Source: Octopus sinensis (Eukaryota). Taken from it: 64,000 nt of DNA. A program made the position numbers and the translations under genes. Below the pieces are notes generated by a model. The model was not told where the DNA came from. It saw only the letters and a program-made list of their open reading frames with translations, and made no database searches. This document shows, piece after piece, positions 51,079 to 63,759 of this stretch (the stretch's first letter is position 1; each line of letters opens with the position of its first letter). The stretch is taken from the NCBI RefSeq assembly GCF_006345805.1, contig NC_043015.1, forward strand, positions 14,074,001 through 14,138,000. Reading direction: 5' to 3'.

Positions 51079-51310
51079 TGTGCGTGTGTGTGTGTGTGTG
51101 TGTTTGTCCCCCACCATTGTTTGACAACTAGTGTTGGTGTGTTCATGTCCCCATTACTTAGCAGTTAGGCAAGAGAGACTGATAAAATAAGTACCAGACT
51201 TAGGAAAAAGAGTACTGGGATTGATTCATTTGGCTAAAAATTCCTCAAGGCAGTGCCCCAGCATGACCACAATCTAATGACAGAAACATGTCAAAGATCA
51301 AAGATAACAG
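50878..51310 (+). mobile_element. SINE family A
   Basis: GCAGGTGTGGCAGAGTG...GGTTCAGACCCACTGCATTGCACCTTGGGCAAGTG; internal (TG)n; full tail. Confidence 0.85.
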
Positions 51311-51779
51311 ATTCACTCGACTGAAATTATTTAGTGTCGATATTCATAACTGGCTCCAGCTCATTCTGTCTATTTTTATCTATATATTGGTCATTGTTAG
51401 TTTTGCCAAAGGAGTAGAATGTGCTTTACTGAGGTGACCTAACAGAAACAAAACATTGCTTTCATCATTTGGCTTGAACACCAACCAGATCTACTCCCAT
51501 TCAATATTTTCCACAGACATCTCAAAAGTAAATAGACATCCTCTAATGCTGTTTTTATCTGTGCAAATGCTACTCATTAGTAAAATGATCAAACGGGTTA
51601 TGTCATTAAAAACTGCATGAGGCTTGTCTAGTTAATACTAGATTAAGTATCTAAATGTATCAAATGACATAATTTTGTTTCTAGAAATAAATTTTTCAAA
51701 AACAAAGTGTCTATTTACTTTTGAAAAGTAAGTGTATATCTAGTATGTGCATTTGTGTATCTATCTTTCTTCACCTATT

Positions 51780-52165
51780 ATTTTTAACTTGTTTCAGTCA
51801 TTAGATTGTGGCCATGTTGGGGCACAGACTTGAAGAATTTTAGTCAACTCCAGAACATTTTTTCTTTTTGTAAAGCCTAGCACTTTTCTATCGGTCTCTT
51901 TTGCCGAACCACTAAGTTACAGGGATGTAAACACACCAACACTGGTTGTGAAGCAGTGGTGGGGAATAAGCACATATATGTAGATATATATATATATATA
52001 TATATTTACAATAGGATTCTTTCAGTTTCCATCTACCAAATCCACTCACAAGGCTTTGGTCAGTACAAGGCTATAGTAGAAGACACTTGCTCAAGGTGTG
52101 ACTGAACCTGGCACCATATAATTGGGAAGCAAACTTCTTATCACACAACCATGCTTGTGCCTATA
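51780..52165 (-). mobile_element. SINE family A
   Basis: Reverse-strand copy of the same consensus, about 470 bp from the 50878 copy. Confidence 0.85.
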
Positions 52166-52168
52166 CAA

Positions 52169-52221
<53 letters not shown>

Positions 52222-52918
52222 TATTATTGTCATCCTCATCATCCTTTTTACATCTGCTTTTCCTTGCTTGCTTGGGTTGGAGATATCCTTTCCAGCACTG
52301 TTTTTTGCATTCTTTCATCATCTCTTTTGTGAGGTGAATGAAGCAGTCCTTGTTCTCTCAGGATCATATGTGCCAATGATCCTGAGAGCTCTACCAGTGA
52401 GCACAAACCCCTGGTAGGGTCTCCCGAACAGGTCAAAGGATAGAAGCCAGAAAAATAGGGACTATCTCTTCCCTGGGATAAAAATGGGTTTGCCTTATAG
52501 CAGCATCGATGACAATTCAAAACCAAAAAGAGCTGGGAGAGGAAGACAAAACCTCAGAGAATCGTATGAGGTGAGATACTAAGGCAGAGCAGAAAAAGCA
52601 GGGATCCATCTGGAAAGAAACAGACAGACAGCCTAAAACTGAGATCAGGGGGAAAGTGCTGTTGTTGGTTTATCTCCATAGGGAGCAAAGGGCTTCATAA
52701 GAAAGAATAATGAAAGGCAAAGTTGAGCTCAGCAGGAATTGAATGTAGACTGTAAGAGGCTGTAACTAAATACTGTAAGGCATTTTGTTCAAAGTGCAAA
52801 CAATTCTGCCAGCCCAATGGTGCTGGTGTGATACACACACACACACACACACACACATACATACATTCTAGACCACACTGAAAAGAAAGCCAACCAACTG
52901 ATAGTTGGAATCACTCAC

Positions 52919-53038
52919 CTATATATACTTCACCTTTCATCTAATGATTGGTAGACTTAATCCATTGACTGATTTAACACAACCTTGAGTATCTCCAGTG
53001 TATACCACCCTGTTTCAAGCATCCTCCTTTGATTAATC
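52919..53038 (-). other. candidate spliced exon (120 bp)
   Basis: Acceptor tcatttttttag|G and donor TAG|gtgagt are both consensus; stops in all three frames; late ATG (MKGEVYI) in phase 1. Confidence 0.45.
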
Positions 53039-53130
53039 CTAAAAAAATGACACGCTGCTTTTTCTACAACTGAAATGGCTTCAGCACCTTGGAGCCTGCT
53101 AGGTGTGTATCTCTATACACTCATACTCAC

Positions 53131-53225
53131 CAGACACACTCATCTCTCTTCTTCTCATCATGTATATTGTGACACCTCCCACGCTCTTCAGGTCTTGCAC
53201 CAAACACTTGGTCCAATCCTTCTTT
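53131..53225 (-). other. candidate spliced exon (95 bp)
   Basis: Acceptor gactttttag|A, donor CTG|gtgagt; open in two frames; 92 bp intron to the 52919-53038 exon. Confidence 0.35.
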
Positions 53226-53569
53226 CTAAAAAGTCATCCCTCCAGAACTTTCTCACTGCACATTTTTCCTGCAGTATTGACTTACAGTTGTTCAAGAATT
53301 CAAAATAACCATTCTGAGGAGAAAAAGTTTTCATGAAGGGACATCCCTCCTCCTGAGCAAACAAAGTCTGTTTCATTCATACACTTTACCAAAGCAATTA
53401 ACATCAGGTAATCTAAATGTGAAATATTAAATTTATGCAATAACAAGTGATTGCTTTGGAGAAGTATACCACTGTAGAACAGTTTTGTGATACATCACTA
53501 AAGAATAAGTTCTAATACTGTAAATAATATGAGATATAGTTTGGCATTGACTCAGCAGTAAATTAAGTA

Positions 53570-53790
53570 AGATATTACAGCATCCAGCTGTAAAATCGAT
53601 GCCAAAGCAGACCTCACTGGTACAAATGCCATGTAAAAAGCACCCAGGCCACTCTAAAGTGGTTGGCATTAGGAAGGGAGTCCAGTCATGAAAAGCATGC
53701 CAAAACAGACAGTGAAACCTAGTGCAGTCTTCTGGCTAGCCAGCTTGTCAAACTGTCTAACCCATACCAGGAAAAACAGATGTTAAATGA
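53570..53790 (+). mobile_element. RTE LINE 3' UTR piece
   Basis: GGTTGGCATTAGGAAGGGAGTCCAGTC...GATGTTAAATGATGATGATG. Confidence 0.7.
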
Positions 53791-53882
53791 TGATGATGAT
53801 TACATCACCTTGCATTTGTACCTGAGTTCTGATCTTGATCTAAGCTGTATGTGAGAATTGATATGCTTATCTTTATATAAAT

Positions 53883-54530
53883 TAAGGCAGCAAGCTGGCC
53901 GAACCATTAGTACACCGGATGAAATGCTTAACCACACACCATCCATCTTTATGTTATGAGGTCAAATTCCACCAAGGTCAACTTTGCCTTTCAAACTTGA
54001 TAAAAAATAAGAACCAGTCAAGTACTGGGGTTGATCTCATCAACTTCCCCCCCCCCTCAAAATCTGCTGGCCTTGTTCCAAAATTTGAAATCAGTATTTA
54101 CACTAAGTAGTTTTTGTTTGTTTGGTTTTTCATCCCCCACCAGTCAAATAGCAATGCCCCAAATTTAGAAAGAAGAAAGATGAGATTGTGAGATCTTTAT
54201 GATGTTCAAAAGAACATTTGCATTCTTAATTGAAGTGAAATGTCTCTAGCTACGAGGAATCGAAACTTTACTGCACGTATATCTTGCTGAAGCATTATCT
54301 TTATCATTTTATCTTCTAAAACATGAATACTAAAGATTGCATATTCAATAGCGATATTTCGGCTATCTTTACATTCTGAGTTCAAATTCTACAGAGGTCG
54401 ACTTTGCCTTTCATCCTTTCGGGGTCAATAAATTAAGTACCAGTTTCATACTGAGGTTGATCTAATCGACTGCCTGGACCCCACTCCCCAAAAATTTCGG
54501 GCCTTGTGCCTAGAGTAGAAAAGAATATAT
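53883..54530 (+). mobile_element. two SINE family B copies (53883-54090, 54370-54530)
   Basis: Family B consensus; partial CpG retention marks a domain boundary. Confidence 0.75.
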
Positions 54531-54689
54531 GTCATATGTTGTATAATTCAAAATTGCAACTTCAAGCACATAACAATGTGTCAGGTTTTACATAAAGAAA
54601 AAATTATATCGTTTCAAAGCTATTTTTAGTTTAGAATAGCTTTTTTTTAAATTTAAAGTAGCATTCAGAATGTACAAAAGAATTTTATT

Positions 54690-55045
54690 TTTTTACTAGT
54701 TTCAGTCATCTGATTATGGCCATGCTGGAGCACCACCTTGAAGGGTTTTTTTTAGTTGAGCAAATTGACAACAGGGTTTTTTTTATTAAACCTAGTACTT
54801 AGTCTATCATACTCTCTTTTGCTGAGCCGCTAAGTTATGGGGACATAAACACACCAACACTGGTTGTCAAGTGTGGGACAAACAAAGACACACACATACA
54901 TATGACGGGCTTCTTTCAGTTTCCATCTATCAAATCCACTCACAAGGTTTTGGACGGCCTGAGGCTATAGTAGAAAGCACTTGCCCAAGCGTGAGACTGA
55001 ACCTGGAACTATGTGGTTGGGAAGCAAGCTTTTTACCACACGGCC
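54690..55045 (-). mobile_element. SINE family A
   Basis: Same consensus as 55-460. Confidence 0.85.
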
Positions 55046-55569
55046 TATTATAATTACTGTCTTTAAAAGAACATTTGAAATATTGAAAGATTGATTAAAC
55101 AGAAGTTTGTAAACCGAGTGCGTGACCTAGACTCAATTTTTTTTGTAGTCACTTCACAACATCATTAATGACCCTGAAAATAGTATCACCCAATATCATT
55201 TGTCCTATTCAGTACATGTATGGTTTTGTAGCTACGAAAAAAGAAAAGAAATATGTTAACATGCATACTCGACATTTCGTTAAGATGTTTTTCTCATTAT
55301 GTATAGTATTTTACTTTTCGTTCTTTGATTTCTGAGTTCAAGTTTGCCTTTCTCCTTTTCGCAGGTCGTTAAAACCAAATACATATTTAGTTCTTGTATC
55401 GATAGTATCAACTAACCTCTCCTCCCCTAAAAAGTATTGATTAGTCTTTTGTTATCCTTTCTTCAGAATATCCCTTAAATGATTATATTTGAGCTAAGCG
55501 TTATCTTTTTGACAAACAATGTTAATTTGAATGAAAGGGAACGTGAGATCAGTGACAGTAAGGCATTAC

Positions 55570-55700
55570 CTGATGCTTGTAGACGAGATGAACGTCGACG
55601 ATGATGATGAAGGTGATGGGTGATGATGATGATGATGATATTTTCTTTTCGACAAGATCTCTATAAAACAACTGACACACATTTCAAATTTTACTTGTCA
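55570..55700 (-). other. candidate upstream exon ending at donor CAG|gtaatg
   Basis: ATG at 55682 opens MCVSCFIEILSKRKYHHHHHHPSPSSSSSTFISSTSI up to the donor; lies in a CpG-retaining interval; 5' boundary unknown. Confidence 0.3.
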
Positions 55701-56099
55701 TTTTATTTGTTCTGTGTTACTTTTCAAGCTATTTCAGGGAAAATTGTTTTATGTTTGACCATCTCATTTGACCTGTCAGTGTGTTTTAAAACATCAAACA
55801 TCTGTTCATCCCAACACTGAATAAATTTACCCCTTCCACGTCGTTTAGTCAGAAGCAAGCTATAGGAAGTAGTAATGAAGCTCTAAAAACTACAATAGTG
55901 CAGTGCTCTGCTCAAGGCCTTAAAATATCGATATCGAAGTGCAAAAAAACAGTCAAGCTGTTGCCATTGAAACAGTCAACACATTGAAATCACTTCTACC
56001 GTGCATTCGATATCAGAAATGTTTTTAATCACAAAAGCAAACCTTTAATATACGTTAACGTTGCTGTTTATTTATAAAATTTATGACGTACCCAAGGAA

Positions 56100-56205
56100 A
56101 ACACGTCTTCGTGGATTTCCCGAACTTATATGGTAAAAAGCTTCCTAAATGATGGTTAAAATACGACTAATTACCTACGAAACTTGAGATTTCTTTATAA
56201 AACAG
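56100..56205 (+). other. candidate upstream exon ending at donor CAG|gtaagc
   Basis: Consensus donor at 56206; CpG-retaining non-repeat context; 5' boundary unknown. Confidence 0.25.
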
Positions 56206-56944
56206 GTAAGCTTCTAATGTTAGTTTATTTCATTGTTTTATTGAATTATGTACTTGCGAACTTTATATTAACATCAACTTGTTGAATATCGGAAAATTCA
56301 TATTGAGCTGTCAGCATTTCATTCTTATTTAGTTTCTGTAAATATCCATATCAACCTATTGTGATTTCTTTAGCTTTTCTTGACATTTTCCATGTTTTAC
56401 CTTTAATACGGATTAAAACGTCCATGCATCTATAACTTAGCCGAATTTTAGCAAGAAATTGTTAAGTTTTTCAAGTTTTTGTTTGATTGTTTTGCTTTTG
56501 TTTTGTTTTGATTTTATGGCGGGTGTATTCTCTTAGGAGTCGATATTATTACTGTTAGTTTGCTACGGGGAAATAACATTATGTCATATTCAAACTAAAG
56601 GTATTTTATTCAAAAGCGAGACTTCACTTAGTTTATGATCAGAATACAAAATTTTCAAAAATATTACGTGACAGTCAGATTTAAAATTTTATTTTAAATG
56701 CATTATTACATCATAAATAGAGATATGCGAAACAAAATCTCATTTATGCTAATACAAAACACAAAAGAAGAATTACATTTAATACGTGTATAACTATGCA
56801 CAGTAACGTGAACACTTGTAGATGTTTGCTATTGCATTCATTTTCTCCCTACATGAATTGTTCCTTATTTAATGGATTTGTTCCACTTGGATTTCTCGAT
56901 TACTTTTTAACCTTCTAAAAGAAGGTTAGGGGAAGATATGAATA

Positions 56945-57470
56945 TTCTTTTCTCCTCTAGGCACAAGGCCCGAAATTTTGGGGGAAGGGGCCAGTCGATT
57001 AGATTGACTCCAGGACGTAACAGGTACTTAATTTATCGACCCCGAAAGGATGAAAGGCAAAGTCGACCTCGGAGGAATTGGAACTTTTGTTTACTAATTG
57101 CTTGGATAATCTCAGTTGAAGTCTTTCCCAGTTGACCCAAACTTTCCAACTCATCAGTTTTCTTTTCCACATTAATATTAAACATGGTTTTAGGTAGGAC
57201 TTCCTCAAACCTTCTATTAATTCACTACTACTTATTGAATCAATAATACTAGTAGGACAAGGGGCTAAACACAGAAGGGACAAACAAGGACAGACAAATG
57301 GATTAAGTCGATTATATCAACCACTGCGTAACTGGTACTTTATTTATCGACCCCGAAAGGATGAAAGGCAAAGTCGACTTCGGCGGAATTTGAACCCAGA
57401 ACGTAGCGGCAGACGAAATACGGCTACGCATTTCGCCCGGCGTGCTAACGTTTCTGCCAGCTCGCTGCCT
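56945..57470 (-). mobile_element. dimeric SINE family B carrying a 178 bp foreign insert (57084-57261)
   Basis: Collinear with the 35635-36030 dimer except that about 44 bp are replaced by an inverted copy of 58186-58370. Confidence 0.85.
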
Positions 57471-58372
57471 TGGAATATATCGCCAAAATAAATATTATTC
57501 TCAAAAATATCAACAATATTTCATTTCTAAATATTCACGTCGTGTACTTAGATCCCACTCGTTCCAAGCTGGCCTGTTTTAGCACATGTAGCCCATTCAT
57601 CGGATGTAACCCGAGTATATGCTAGAATGTTTTGATCTGTGAGTGGCTCTAATGTGACCCTTGTCCTATCTGGAACTGGTATAAGAATACGTGGCAAAAG
57701 TAAAGAATACGCACACCACCCGTTTTCCGCGGTTAGGGTTACTCCGTGTGTGTATTCTTTATCCGCGCCGAAAACATTTCTTTTGTACCATTCGACTCCT
57801 CCAAATATCCATTGAAGAGTGTATCCATCCTATAAACTTTTGTTTACGACGAGAAAAAAAAAACATTCTAAAAAAAGAACACTCCCAGCTCTCATCGATT
57901 TTATCCATACTGTTAGTATCAAATCCTCCAGTTCCCTTTAACACTGTTCTCAACCCATTCACAATAAACGTCTCTATGGAAATCACACGCTAGTCAATAA
58001 ATTATGTCTGCTCTCAAATAAGATGTCAGCAATCCAGCGACCTGGATGTTGTTGGCCTGTTAAATTAAAAATCCAGGTATTTAATAACAGCATCGTCCGT
58101 TGTTCAATTATACAATGTCAACACAGAATAAAACTTCATTCTGTGATGAAAAGTTTGTTGGATTTCTCTCTCGCTTACTCGTTCGCTTGTGTCCTACTAG
58201 TATTGTATTATTGATTCAATAAGTAATAGTGAATTAATAAAAGGTTTGAGGAAGTCCTACCTAAAACCATGTTTAATATTAATGTGGAAAAGAAAACTGA
58301 TGAGTTGGAAAGTTTGGGTCAACTGGGAAAGACTTCAACTGAGATTATCCAAGCAATCAGTAAACAAAAGCT

Positions 58373-58765
58373 CCTAGGCGTGGCTGTGTGGTCAGAAGTT
58401 TGCTTCTCGACTACATGGTTTCGTGTTCAATGCTACCGCGTGGCACTTTGGGTAAGTGTTTCCTACTCTAGCCTTATGTTAACCAAAGACTTGTGAATGG
58501 ACTTAGTTAACAGAACAGCAATGTTTCGTTGGGGAACGAAACATTGCCGACAGAAACTGGAAGAAGCCTGTCGCGCGTGTATGTTTGCACACCACCGCCG
58601 CTTGACAACCAATATTGGTTTGTTCACGTTACTTTGCCGTTCGGTAAAAGTGACTGATAGAATAGGTATTAGGCTTAAAAGGACTGCGGTCGATTTGTTC
58701 TATCAAACCCCTAAGACGGTGCTCCAGCATGGCTACAGTCCAATGACTAAATAAATTAAAAGATA
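58373..58765 (+). mobile_element. SINE family A
   Basis: GGCGTGGCTGTGTGG head, tail CGGTGCTCCAGCATGGCTACAGTCCAATGACT; CpGs retained. Confidence 0.8.
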
Positions 58766-59899
58766 AAATATATATATATATATGTGATATATAAAACAAA
58801 CAAGCAAGTTGGGTGACTACCCCAATACAACGTCGGAAAGAATAACAATTGGACACCGTCTAAATTTATTTACAAGTTCAGATGCTGTCTTGATTTATTT
58901 TCAAATTCAGATACTTATATCAACAACACCTACTCTTCATTTATAAAGTGAGCAGTTTTGAATTGGACTGTCTAATATTTTTGAAAAATACGCATTTTTT
59001 CCCCTTTTTGTGTGTGTTTTTCCCCTTTTTTCATCCCTTGTTAAACAGCCATGAAATACCTTAATATTTGCACATTGTGTTAGTTTAATAGGGAAAAAAA
59101 CGATTTCTCTCTCTAATTTAAACTTAAGGACATGTTTATTGATGTTTTGTTCTTCCTAGTAACATAATGCACTTTTATTTCCCTTCCCATTACTTCTATA
59201 TTGATCTATTCGGTTAAAACAAATATCCTACATCCTACACTAGGGCATTTTATTCAGTTGACAATTACCTCTGAATCGTGTTGTCCTTTCTATCATTTGA
59301 TAATTTGAATTGTATGTATCCTTTAAAAAAAATGGAAATGGTCTTTCGTTATAAGTACATAAAATGGTCGAGAAAAGTGAAAGAGGAGTTTCAGATATTT
59401 TGATGTCTTTTACATACAGACATTGCGATTATAATACAAATTTATTGATAGATTAAAAGGCTATTGCAACCGAAATCGCATATATATTATGAATATAAAA
59501 CTCGCGCGCATATATGTATATGTGCTGAGGAAAACACACTTTACCTGATGTTTTGACAAATTCCGAATTATTTATTTGTAAAACATTTTGTTACAAGTTT
59601 TAAACTAAAAGGAAACAATTTGGATGTTTTTTTGTTGTTTTTTTTGTTTCACAGATTTTGAAATTTTAAAATTAACCGAAACTTTTCAAGTTTGATATAT
59701 TTACGTAATTTTTATGCTGAATCTGATTTTGGGAAAGTCTTCCTCCTGTACGCCTCCCACCTCATTTCCTCCCAATTTTTTTCTTTTTTTGGCCAAAAAA
59801 ACCCCGTTTTTGGATACGAAGATTCCGGAAAATTGCCAAATATCGGCATTTTGAAATTTCGCCCCCCCCCCTTCCCCAATTTATTCATTTTTGACGTTT

Positions 59900-60270
59900 T
59901 TCCCTAACTCTAACCCTAACTACAAACATTTTTGGAAATTTTTTCAGAACCATAATCTCCGTATTTTCCGCATATTTTGAAAAACAAAATTTCTGAAAAA
60001 AGTAGCCGTACACTGCGAGGGGAGGGGGAGGTGTAATTTTTTTTTTTTTTTATTGAAATTTTACAGAAATTTTTGGAAATTATTTTCAGAATCATAATCT
60101 CCGTATTTTTCCATATATTTTGAGAAAAAAAAAATTATGAAAAAAATTTTAAAATAAAGAAAATAAGGGCAGGGAGGGTTAATTTCAAAATGCTGAACCC
60201 CAGGTCAGCCACTGTTCAGTCTGACCCTAAACACCATCCCTAAATCCTAATTCTAGCCCTGATGCTAACC
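59900..60270. repeat. degenerate CCCTAA tracts flanking a 75 bp direct repeat
   Basis: CCCTAACTCTAACCCTAAC at about 59903 and CCCTAAAC..CCCTAAATCCTAA at about 60225; TTTTGGAAATT.TTTTCAGAA.CATAATCTCCGTATTTT twice (about 59930 and 60070). Confidence 0.55.
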
Positions 60271-60770
60271 CTTCATTTTTTAAATATTGTTTTCAAAACT
60301 GGTGTACTGGTGTAGTTTTGTAAGCTAATTATGGAAATGAAATTCATTTTTGTGACAAATTAATAAATAAAAAGTTAATAGCTTTTAAAGTTTGCAAATT
60401 TTAGGTAATTTTAACCAATCGAAAATCACAGACACATTGGTGCCTGTTTCCATTGATACAAACCAATGTTTTGACTACTTAAAACTACTTAGGTGAAACT
60501 CTAAAACTTCAAGTTACTATGGCTAAACTTAGATTAAGTGAGTTGATTATCAAAATCATTTGAACATTATTGAAAATAACTAAAAGTATTTATTTATGAC
60601 ATACTACATACTGAAGTCAATTTATATTCTTATAATGCAAACTAGCTACGAATAGAAGTAGGGGAAAATATATGCCATAAAATGTACTTATTTAACTATA
60701 GTGTTTATTTCTAAGTAGATTAAGTCTTCTGGTATGTATTGATGTTGCATAACTGTTGTGCTTTTGACAG

Positions 60771-60895
60771 TCAAATGAAGACATGTTCAAGAGAGAGTGC
60801 TAGAAGCATTCAAGATGCAATGATCCATACCCTCTCACATAACCATATAAGATCTTCTGATGCTGGCCAATATGAAAATAATAGTGATATCTTTG
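60771..60895 (+). other. candidate coding exon (125 bp)
   Basis: Acceptor gtgcttttgacag|T, donor TTG|gtatgg; open frame MKTCSRESARSIQDAMIHTLSHNHIRSSDAGQYENNSDIF; no family recognised. Confidence 0.3.
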
Positions 60896-61242
60896 GTATG
60901 GATGACTTTTTATTCCTACCCAATATATTATATCATATACCAATGCAGCCTTCATTACAATAAATGAATGAATGTACAAAATTAATTTCCATAAGTTTAT
61001 ATTATTGTTGCCTTCAAATAAGGCCCAATGAAGTCTATATAATTATCTATAATCCACAGTGAATTGGTTCATTAATAATTATTTTTCTATCACATTGTAT
61101 CATTATGGAAATGAGTTGCGTCAATTACATGTTTTATTTTACAATTTGATAAATAATTTTTGCTCTTTATCTCAAGCTGTTGAAATGGCTTTCATTAGGC
61201 CCAGTTTTATTTACAGTGATATTAAATATGTTGGTAGGTGAC

Positions 61243-61410
61243 TAACTGGCAGAATCGTTAGCATGCCAGGTAAAATGCTTAGCAACATTTTCTCCATCTT
61301 CATGGTCTGGGTTCAAACACCACCAAGGTTGACTTTACCTTTCATCATTTTAGGGTTGAGAAAATTGGGGTTGATGTAACCAACTTAGCCTCTGCCAAAA
61401 TTTGAAATAT
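61243..61410 (+). mobile_element. SINE family B, largely CpG-decayed
   Basis: CTGGCAGAATCGTTAGCATGCCAGGTAAAATGC...CAAGGTTGACTTTACCTTTCATC. Confidence 0.75.
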
Positions 61411-62529
61411 ATTAAATACATTGGATAAATTGTGGAATCCATTTTCAACATCTCAGATATCTCTGTTAATTTCTTTGGTGTCTCTGTTCCAAACAGCACT
61501 CTCCACCTCTCTCCCTCCATCTTTTATAAACCAACCAACTTCCCTGATTACCACAATTTTTCTTCCTCCTTTCCCACTCACACCAACAACTCTACCCCTT
61601 GCCTCTGTCAGTTCCTGCTTTTCCATTTACCCTTGAAGCAGAGATTCTGGCTTCAAACCAAGCTGCTTCAAATACCCACCTCTTTTTCTTTGCTCAGGGT
61701 TACCACCAACCCGTAATGAATGTAACCCACCACCAAGTCTGAGCTATCAACAGCAATCACTGTCTCAGTGTTCCACCACCACCACTTGACTGCATTTCCT
61801 TACCCTCATTTTCAACTTCACTACACCATCCTTTGCAACTTCCACCTTCTACACTCTGACCCTGCCATTGTCCTATCTCCCTTGAACCTCCACTCCTCTC
61901 CTTTAACCCCTTTTCTTTACCATATTTCTGTTGAAATACACTGCCTTTGTTTCAATTAAATTTGAAAATAATGAATAATTTAAGATTATTTTGTCATTAT
62001 TTGGAACAAAAATTAACCTGAAATTTTAGTGGAAAGTTTTAATTAATGTCACTATAATAAAGAAAGTTTGCATCACAGGATCAAGGGCATTTTTTGATAG
62101 GTTGGTATCAAAATGGTTAAATGTGACTGGTGTGTTGGGAGATAAACTGCTCTTGGAAATAAAATCATTCTTATAATGTGTGGAAACTGGTGTGCTCACT
62201 CAAAGGGAACCCAGGGCAACCAACTACTGGAACTGCAGTATACATACTTCTTTCATCCATCACTATCATAATTTAATGTCCACATTTCCATCTTGCGTGG
62301 GTCAGATGAAATATATCAGAACAGTAAGATATTTGATGCCCTTCCTGTTGTCAAATCTCACCTGTTTCCAAGCAAGTTAATATTTTCCCTTGGCTAGATA
62401 TCTTTTTTCATGGAAACTGAAAATAAATACCCTCTTGCTTGTGTGTCAATGATTCTCATTTACAACTATAATGTGATGTCTAGACAATGGTACATCACAC
62501 ACACACACACATCATCATCATCATTATCA

Positions 62530-63060
62530 TCATTATTTAGTGTCTGCTTTCCATGCTGGCATGGTTTGGCTGGAACTAGCATGCTGGAGAGATGCACCAA
62601 GTTGCAGTCTGGTCTGGCATGGTTTCTATGGCTGGATGCCCTTCCTAATGCCAACCATTCAAATAGTGTAATGGATGTTTCTAATGTGCCACCAGCATGG
62701 GTGCTTTTATGCGCCACTGGCATGGGTGCCAGTCACGTGGCACTGGCATTGGCCATGACTATGATTTCACATGGTTTGACAAGTCTTCTCAAGCACAGAT
62801 ATCGCCAAAGGTCTCAGTCACTTGTCATCACCTCCATGAGGCTCAGCATTCAAAGATCATGCTTCACCACTTTGCCCCATGTCTTCCTGGGTATACCACT
62901 ACCACAGGTTCCCTCCATAGTTAGAGATCAGCACTTCTTTACACAACTGTCCTCGTCCATATGCATCACATGACCATAGCAGTGCAGTCATCTCTCTTGC
63001 ACACTACATCTAATGCCTCTTATGCCCAACTTTTCTCTTAAGCTGCTCACACTCTGTCAT
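62530..63060 (-). mobile_element. RTE LINE 3' end (ORF2 C-terminus and 3' UTR)
   Basis: YGHVMHMDEDSCVKKC...GIPRKTWGKVVKHDL...DLWR then GGTTGGCATTAGGAAGGGCATCCAGCC; a second 3' UTR piece at 63140-63280. Confidence 0.85.
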
Positions 63061-63289
63061 ACATGCACACTGTCATGTAGCATGGCTGTTTGTACACATA
63101 TATATTATGTGTGTGTATTTGTGTATATATCAAAATCATTATCATTTCATGTCAGCTTTCCATACTGGCATGGGCTGGATGGTTTGATAGGAGCTGGCAA
63201 GTCAGAGAGCTGCACCAGGCACCAATTGTCTGTTTTGGCATGGTTTCTACAGCTGGATGCCCTTCCTGATGTCAATTACTTCACAGAGT

Positions 63290-63341
63290 GTATGTATGTA
63301 AATATATATATATACACATATATATACACACACACACACGC

Positions 63342-63379
<38 letters not shown>

Positions 63380-63540
63380 ACATATACACACATATACATA
63401 CACATATATATACACACATATATACACACACACACATATATATACACACACATACATGCATATATATATATATATATATACACAAACACACATATATATA
63501 TACATACACATATATACATATATATATGTGTGTGTGTGTA
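63290..63540. repeat. compound (TA)n/(CA)n microsatellite
   Basis: Directly visible; source of several YIYI/HTHT ORF artefacts. Confidence 0.95.
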
Positions 63541-63759
63541 TAAACAGCCTTGATACAAACAAATTGGAGATTGTTGTGTCAAAATGGTATTAAAAACTTT
63601 GTTGCAACCAGCATTAATAGGCTTCGGGGTACAAGGCAAAGGAGAAAAGTGGTTGCAAATATATCACCTGCACTGACCTATATGTATACGCACACATACA
63701 CACACACACTTGCATATAAATACAATATAAATACGATATGAAACAATGGAAACAATCAA

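Noticed and set aside
57084-58370. Long-TIR DNA transposon
   Set aside because: No TSD, outer flanks are not two halves of one target, and the left arm replaces part of a SINE; a templated insertion fits better.
59900-60270. True telomere or chromosome fusion site
   Set aside because: Repeats are few, degenerate and single-orientation, with ordinary sequence on both sides.
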